Below are positions 58,343 through 64,000 of a stretch of 64,000 bases of DNA, in pieces. Each line of letters begins with the position of its first letter. The first letter of the stretch is position 1. The stretch lies in NCBI GenBank assembly GCA_032718475.1, contig JAUCBJ010007248.1, positions 52,846-116,845 on the forward strand. The letters are read 5' to 3'. The translations under genes were made by a program, and so were the position numbers. The notes beneath the pieces were generated by a model. That model made no database searches and was not told where the DNA came from. It worked only from the letters and a program-made list of their open reading frames with translations. The DNA is from Nemertoderma westbladi (taxonomy: Eukaryota; Animalia; Xenacoelomorpha).

Positions 58343-61255
58343 ATGAGTGAGGAGAAAAAGTCGAAACAGACATCGAAGGGTGCTGCAGGAGGTGATACAG
58401 GGTTGGCAACTGACTTGAGCAACATCGCACAAATGTTCAGTACTGTTATGCAACAACAGATGGAAAATCAGGCGAGAATGTTTACTCAAATGATGGAGAA
58501 ACTTTACGATAAAGATGCCGCACGTTTAGAGAGTGATCGCGTTGTAGCAGAAGAGAGGAATCGTCGGGAAGAAGAGATGTTCCGATCTCTTCTGAATAAC
58601 CAGGAACGTTTGGGAAGAGATTATGAGGGTGACGATCCTATGTATTCGGCAACGGGTTCTAGAGATATGAGTAGGCGTTCCACGAAATTAACTGAAAAAA
58701 TTCCTCCTTTCGACCCAAAAACAATGTCAATCCAAGAATGGTTTGATGAGTATTATGACAGGGTAATGACTGATTCCCAGGTCGGAGCAGAAGAGAAGAA
58801 GAACCGTTTACTAGTGAAAATTGGTCGACTTCATACAATGCTAGAAGAAACCTTAGACGAGTCGGATAAGGAGAGTTATGATTCATTAAAGAAAGCTGTA
58901 ATAGGCATTCTTGGGGACAGTAGAAGGAGTACAGCTACTGAAGTTGCCTCCTGTAAACAGGATATTAATGAATCTTTACCTGAATTTATTGAACGATTCA
59001 TGGTTTGTGTTCGACGTCGTAAGGAAGAAGTAGACGGTGTTGGTGAAACTCCATTACTTCAGGATTTCTTTGCTGTTAATATCCGTTCTGGACTTAGTGG
59101 ACGTCTGCGAGGTTGGCGACGACTTCATCCTGACTCAACTTGGAAAGAGTTATTCCAACAAGCAAATGCACTAGATATGGAACATGCTGTAGAGCCGAAA
59201 TGTTCAGTAACTACATCTTCAATTGATTATAAATCGAGTAATTATAACAAATCAAAGTCTAGTTCAAATAATAATGCTAATTTTTCTACTAACACAGAAA
59301 TTGTAAAGAAACCAAATGTCCATTGTTATAATTGTGGAAAATATGGTCATTTTGCTTATGATTGTTGCTCACCTATTAAGTGTCATGGTTGTGGAAAGTC
59401 CGGACATCGTATAAAAGACTGTTATAAGAACAATAAAAAGAAGGATGACAAGAATAAATGCAAAGGTAAGACAGATGATAAATATCAACAATCTTCTTTA
59501 TCTTGTAACACAGTTATTGTGGGATACGATAAATGTAATCATACTCAAGATGATTATAATGAAGCACCAACTGCGAGCAAAGGGGAAGGTGCAATATCAT
59601 CAGCAATTGATGCCAGAAAAACTAACTCTACAATGGAGGGTAAATCTAAATTGCCATGGAATGGTCAGCATTTACGACGATGTTTTACATTGGCAACGGT
59701 AGGGGGTGTAGATTATCGTTCTTTCGTCGATGGGGGTAGTGAAGTATCAATAATATCTGAGGCTGCTTTGGACAGAATACAGTCTCTTACATCAACGAAA
59801 GTTCAGGTATTACCGCCGCCAGTGGAACCAAAGTCTGCGTCTGGTCATGTCATGGATATAACGGGATCAGTAATGTTGAATATGCAGTTAGGGAGAAAGC
59901 AACATACCGTAGAATTATTAGTGGGTCGTAGTGGACAACATGATGTATTAATTGGCTTGGATTTGCTAGGTGCATTCCGTATTTGTATGAGATGGAATGT
60001 TAGCGGAGATATAATCCTCGAAATGGATGGTGAGGAACTGATCAGTGAAACAGTTACACGTTCTTATGGGGATAAGACGATTGCAACTGTATGGTGTAAT
60101 GATATAGTAATAATACCTCCACGGAGTCGACAGATGATAACTGGATATGTAGATAATGCTATGAATAGGGGAGATTCTCTTTTATTTGAGCAGTCTGAAT
60201 CTTTAACAAAGAAACATGGTCTCAATGCAGCAAGATCACTTACCAAAGTTGATGAGTTACAACGTATACCTGTGCAGGTTCTAAATACATCTAACATGGA
60301 AATGCGAATCAATAAGAAGACTAAACTTGGATCGGTAGAATATATTGAGACTATACATGAGATTAATAATACAGATGGTGATGATAGGGAAGATGATAGT
60401 GATATGGAATGTATGTCTATGCCTGTACCAGATGTTTTATCAGAGCCATGGACTAGGGAAACATTTGAATCCGAACTTCAAATAGGGGATGATTCCAGTC
60501 ACGAGGAGAAAGATGAACTTGTTAATATATTATACAATCATTGTCATGTATTTGCCAGAAATGAAGCTGATTTAGGTTTAGTGGAGGGTGTGTCTCACCA
60601 TATTGATACAGGAGACTCAAAACCAATTAGAGTTAAAGGTGTTAGAACTCCGAAATCGCATTGGCCAGTTATTGAGAAACAAATAAATCATATGTTAGAA
60701 AATGATGTGATAGAACGTTCTGAGAGTCCATGGTTGTTTAGGCCGGTGCTTGCTCTTAAGAAAGGTGGTGGTATACGATTTTGTATTGATTTTAGGCCGT
60801 TAAATGCAGTGACAAAGAGGGATGCTTATCCTTTACCATCGGTTACTGAGTTAATTGACTGTATTGGAGCACCACCGAGGGGGGCAAAACGTCTTTATTG
60901 TAGTACTCTTGACGTTTATTCGGCTTATTGGACTGTAAAGATTGAACCAAAGGACAAGGAGAAGACAGCATTTTCAACTCATATGGGTTTATTTCATTTT
61001 AAACGTATGCCGTTTGGTTTGACCAATGCACCTGCAACATTTCAGCGCTTAATGGAACTGACATTATCGGGACTGCAATATATTACTTGTCTAATATATC
61101 TCGATGATATTTTAATATTTGCATTTGGTTCTGAAGAACACTTAAAGCGATTAGAAACTGTCTTAGTAGCATTGGAAAGAGTTGGAATGAAATTAAAGTT
61201 GAAGAAATGTAAATTCTTAAATTCTAGAATATACTATCTGGGACATATTATTTAA
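58343..61255 (+). CDS. Ty3/Gypsy gag-pol, 3'-truncated within RT
   Basis: Two CCHC knuckles, protease FVDGGS, SPW..PV...KK.G..RFCIDFRPLN, KTAF, MPFGLTNAPATFQR, YLDDI, KKC.F....YLGHII; RH and IN missing. Confidence 0.93.
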   Translation: MSEEKKSKQTSKGAAGGDTGLATDLSNIAQMFSTVMQQQMENQARMFTQMMEKLYDKDAARLESDRVVAEERNRREEEMFRSLLNNQERLGRDYEGDDPMYSATGSRDMSRRSTKLTEKIPPFDPKTMSIQEWFDEYYDRVMTDSQVGAEEKKNRLLVKIGRLHTMLEETLDESDKESYDSLKKAVIGILGDSRRSTATEVASCKQDINESLPEFIERFMVCVRRRKEEVDGVGETPLLQDFFAVNIRSGLSGRLRGWRRLHPDSTWKELFQQANALDMEHAVEPKCSVTTSSIDYKSSNYNKSKSSSNNNANFSTNTEIVKKPNVHCYNCGKYGHFAYDCCSPIKCHGCGKSGHRIKDCYKNNKKKDDKNKCKGKTDDKYQQSSLSCNTVIVGYDKCNHTQDDYNEAPTASKGEGAISSAIDARKTNSTMEGKSKLPWNGQHLRRCFTLATVGGVDYRSFVDGGSEVSIISEAALDRIQSLTSTKVQVLPPPVEPKSASGHVMDITGSVMLNMQLGRKQHTVELLVGRSGQHDVLIGLDLLGAFRICMRWNVSGDIILEMDGEELISETVTRSYGDKTIATVWCNDIVIIPPRSRQMITGYVDNAMNRGDSLLFEQSESLTKKHGLNAARSLTKVDELQRIPVQVLNTSNMEMRINKKTKLGSVEYIETIHEINNTDGDDREDDSDMECMSMPVPDVLSEPWTRETFESELQIGDDSSHEEKDELVNILYNHCHVFARNEADLGLVEGVSHHIDTGDSKPIRVKGVRTPKSHWPVIEKQINHMLENDVIERSESPWLFRPVLALKKGGGIRFCIDFRPLNAVTKRDAYPLPSVTELIDCIGAPPRGAKRLYCSTLDVYSAYWTVKIEPKDKEKTAFSTHMGLFHFKRMPFGLTNAPATFQRLMELTLSGLQYITCLIYLDDILIFAFGSEEHLKRLETVLVALERVGMKLKLKKCKFLNSRIYYLGHII

Positions 61256-61373
61256 TGTTTCTAACCGACGTCGAGCGTGGCGTGAGCATAATTAATCGAA
61301 AATGTCTCCAGGCGGAGAGATAGTAGGGTTGTTGAGGGTCTAACCACGGTTATAAATAATAAAAAAGTTAATT

Positions 61374-61416
61374 TACCGTATGCGCATTTCGCCCGTTGCG
61401 GGTGTCCTCAGCGGTA
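61374..61416 (-). ncRNA. Minimal type I hammerhead ribozyme of the Penelope-like element
   Basis: TACCG-CTGAGGA-CA-CCCG CAA CGGG-C-GAAA-TGCGCA-TA-CGGTA: stem I, core, stem II, palindromic stem III. Confidence 0.75.
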
Positions 61417-62002
61417 TTTATTTATGATAAAATGAACATTAAAAACAATTTATATAAAAACAGAATGACTGGCTAGGTAGAACGCGTACATTATCATAAT
61501 AACTATAAGGAAACACAGTGACATGCGGTCCTACTGTATGTCTATTTAATTAAGTAAGGGTGGTACAATTAAAATTAAAGTGGGTCTGGCGGGGAGGGGG
61601 GACATGTGTCGTTTAGGTATGTTAGGTAGGTAGGTTGCCAAAGTATGCAAGTACTGTAGCTGACGGTAACTACCTAGGGTTGTAGGGGGTATGAGTCTGC
61701 GGCAGGCAGGCTGTTAACTGGTTGTGGGGAGCTACCGGTTTCAGGCTAGGGGTTACTTAGGGCTGTGTTACTGTATAATTTAGTATCAAGGGGCACGTAG
61801 ATACAGTATGAATAAAAATGGCTACGTTGGGCTTTGTTGTGGGCAGTCCGAGAATGGGCGTAGTTGGCGGAAAGTATTTTTAGGACAAGGTTTGAGTCTC
61901 GAGAAAATAAGGAGGAATATTTCAGCAGGTTTGAGAGGGGGGTTTGGGGGGGGGGGGGGGGTGGTGGGTTTCTTTGTTAGATGTTTTTAGAATGGTAGGT
62001 AT

Positions 62003-62700
62003 AAATAATTATTGCAGCAAAAATTAAAATAAAATAGCACCATAAAACTGTGAGGTAATAAAACTGTGTACCGCATATACGTCATATGGACCAAAGTGGT
62101 TTGGGGTCTGTGGTAAAAGTATTAAAAAGTACAATAAAACTGTAAATGATTTTGTGAGATAATTAAAGTAGGCCTATGTACTGTATGAAAGATGCGCCAA
62201 AATGGTTTAGGGTCTCGTGAAATTGTAAATGATTTTGAGAGATAATTAAACTATGTACCATGTATACGGCAGATGCACCAAAGTGGTTAGGGGTCTCTGG
62301 TAGGAACTTGCGGGGATATGAATTAATTATTGCAGCAAAATTTCATAAAATATTAAAAATAGCACCGTAAAACTGTAAATGATTTTGTGGGATAATTAAA
62401 CTATGTACTGTATATACGGCAGATGCACCAAAATGGTTTAGGGTCACTGGTAGGAATTTCAGGGGTTCTTGCGGGGATATGAATTAATTATTGCAGCAAA
62501 ATTTCATTAAATATTAAAAATAGCACCGTAAAACTGTAAATGATTTTGTGAGATAATTAAACTATGTACTGTATATACCAAATACACCAAATGGTTGATG
62601 CACCAAAATGGTTGAGGGTCTCTGGTAGGAATTTCAGGGGTTCCTTAATATTGCAGCAAAATTTAATTAATTATAAAACATAACACCGTAAAAACAAATG
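62003..62700. repeat. Degenerate tandem repeats (~160-bp unit) in the Penelope-like 3' region
   Basis: TATTGCAGCAAAA...AAAACTGTAAATGATTTTG...GATGCACCAAAATGGTT recurring. Confidence 0.8.
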
Positions 62701-62717
62701 TTCAAACTAGGATCGAG

Positions 62718-64000
62718 TCACATGGCCGGTGTGATTTTGTTGAGGGGAGGGTGGTGGAGATTGATGAGGACGGACTCGGTGTTGATACGTCGGTAATGGT
62801 TGCGGAACTGTTTAATGCAGGTGATGTTAAGGTCATCGAGGGGGCAGTCTACGAAGTGTTGCAGTAGGAGAACTTCTGGGTCAGAGGTGTCGAGCCCTTT
62901 TCGTGCGTCTCTTATGGCGGATCGGTGCGTGTTCAGCCGTTTGTGTATGTATTGTTCAGTCTGTCCCAGGTACCATTGTTTGGGGTGGGATTTACATGTG
63001 ATCATGTAAAGTACGTTGTGTGTTTTACAGTCGAAAGGGCCTGTGATCCGTTGGCCCCATGGGGTGGTGGAGGGGTTGGCAATTGCTTTGCAGCAAAGGC
63101 ATCGGGGTTTGCGGCAGGGTTCATTGCCGGTGGTGCGGTGGGGTACTGTTTTGCGGATGAGCATCTGACCAAGGTTGGGCAGATTGCGGGGAACTGGTAT
63201 AATGCAAATCTGGTTGTCGTTTAGAAATTTTTTGTGTCGCTTAATGGTATTAGTAAGGATGTTCAAGAAATGGGGCGTGGTCGCAAGGTAGATTGGGGGG
63301 AGTGTTTGGGGGATGACGGTGGGGGGGTTGCATGGTAGCCGGGGTTCAGGATTCCAGGCGTAGAGTTGCAGGAGGAAGTTGAGTGGATAACCTCTGAGTT
63401 TGCATAGTTCCAGATAGGAGTGTCGGGCTAGATTGAACTGGTGGTCATTATCAGTGAGGCGTCGGTATCTAAGTATTTCGGATTTAACAACAGCTAAGAG
63501 TGATGGTTTATGGTGGTAACTAGAGTACAGGATTGGGAGTTTATTGGATGTCGGTTTTTTATAAAGTTTAGTTAGGAGAGAGTTGTGGTGGCGGTATATT
63601 GTGACGTCTAGGTAGTTCATTTGGGTGTAGGAGAATTCAGTCGTAAATTGTACATCGTTGGTGTGGTATAATTGTTCGCATGCTGTGTTAAGGTTGTGAG
63701 TGAGGGTGTCGATCTGCTGGGGGGTAAGGTGTTGGTCGTAAATGAGTAAACTGTCGTCGACTAGAGTACGGAAGAATGTGTGTGAGAATAGTGTAACGTT
63801 CAGAGCCCTATGGATGATTTTGGATGTGGTTAATACGGCATAGTCTCCACTGTGGGAGCCGCCCATGGGTGCCCCGGCAATCTGTAAATAGAATTTTTGG
63901 TCAAATTGGAAGTAGTTATGATACAGTAAAAAGCGGAGTATGAGGCATAGTTGATGGGGTGTGTATATGGATCGGTAAGGTAGTGATGGATCCTCTGTGA
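62718..64000 (-). CDS. Penelope-like RT plus GIY-YIG endonuclease (5'-partial)
   Basis: FYLQIAGAPMG, LVDD, YLDV, LYKKPT, YSSYH, GYP; C.KPRC.CC linker; VLYMITC...YLGQT....KRLNTH. Confidence 0.92.
   Translation of the reverse strand, partial: TEDPSLPYRSIYTPHQLCLILRFLLYHNYFQFDQKFYLQIAGAPMGGSHSGDYAVLTTSKIIHRALNVTLFSHTFFRTLVDDSLLIYDQHLTPQQIDTLTHNLNTACEQLYHTNDVQFTTEFSYTQMNYLDVTIYRHHNSLLTKLYKKPTSNKLPILYSSYHHKPSLLAVVKSEILRYRRLTDNDHQFNLARHSYLELCKLRGYPLNFLLQLYAWNPEPRLPCNPPTVIPQTLPPIYLATTPHFLNILTNTIKRHKKFLNDNQICIIPVPRNLPNLGQMLIRKTVPHRTTGNEPCRKPRCLCCKAIANPSTTPWGQRITGPFDCKTHNVLYMITCKSHPKQWYLGQTEQYIHKRLNTHRSAIRDARKGLDTSDPEVLLLQHFVDCPLDDLNITCIKQFRNHYRRINTESVLINLHHPPLNKITPAM

Larger units (their letters stand above)
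61256..64000 (-). mobile_element. Penelope-like retroelement (runs off the window)
   Basis: RT plus GIY-YIG ORF, repetitive 3' region and hammerhead motif; left boundary approximate. Confidence 0.85.

Overview
AT-rich eukaryotic DNA, most likely from an invertebrate animal, made almost entirely of nested mobile elements. From left to right: a 5'-truncated L2/CR1-type LINE; a decayed Polinton/Maverick-like segment (PC4-like ORF, degenerate dUTPase, protein-primed PolB, TBP-like ORF, conserved Polinton-type ORF). That segment is split by a full-length BEL/Pao LTR element (7944-20749, TSD GAAAC) and by a Helitron fragment. Next is an RTE LINE interrupted at a TTAA by a composite of piggyBac-like MITEs, which contains a second, non-autonomous BEL/Pao element with apparently identical LTRs (30301-42085, TSD AAACC). 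Further RTE, LTR and MITE fragments follow, then a host GAL3ST-like sulfotransferase exon, a truncated Gypsy gag-pol, and a Penelope-like element with a hammerhead ribozyme. Main observation: neither BEL/Pao element has a TGG tRNA primer-binding site. In both, the PBS position starts with GTAAC and is complementary to a sequence inside the element's own LTR, and the two sites co-vary between the elements. This points to tRNA-independent self-priming of reverse transcription in BEL/Pao. Both elements also carry non-env accessory ORFs downstream of pol. All calls were made by eye from motifs; no searches were run, and some frameshifts at G/C homopolymers may be sequencing errors.
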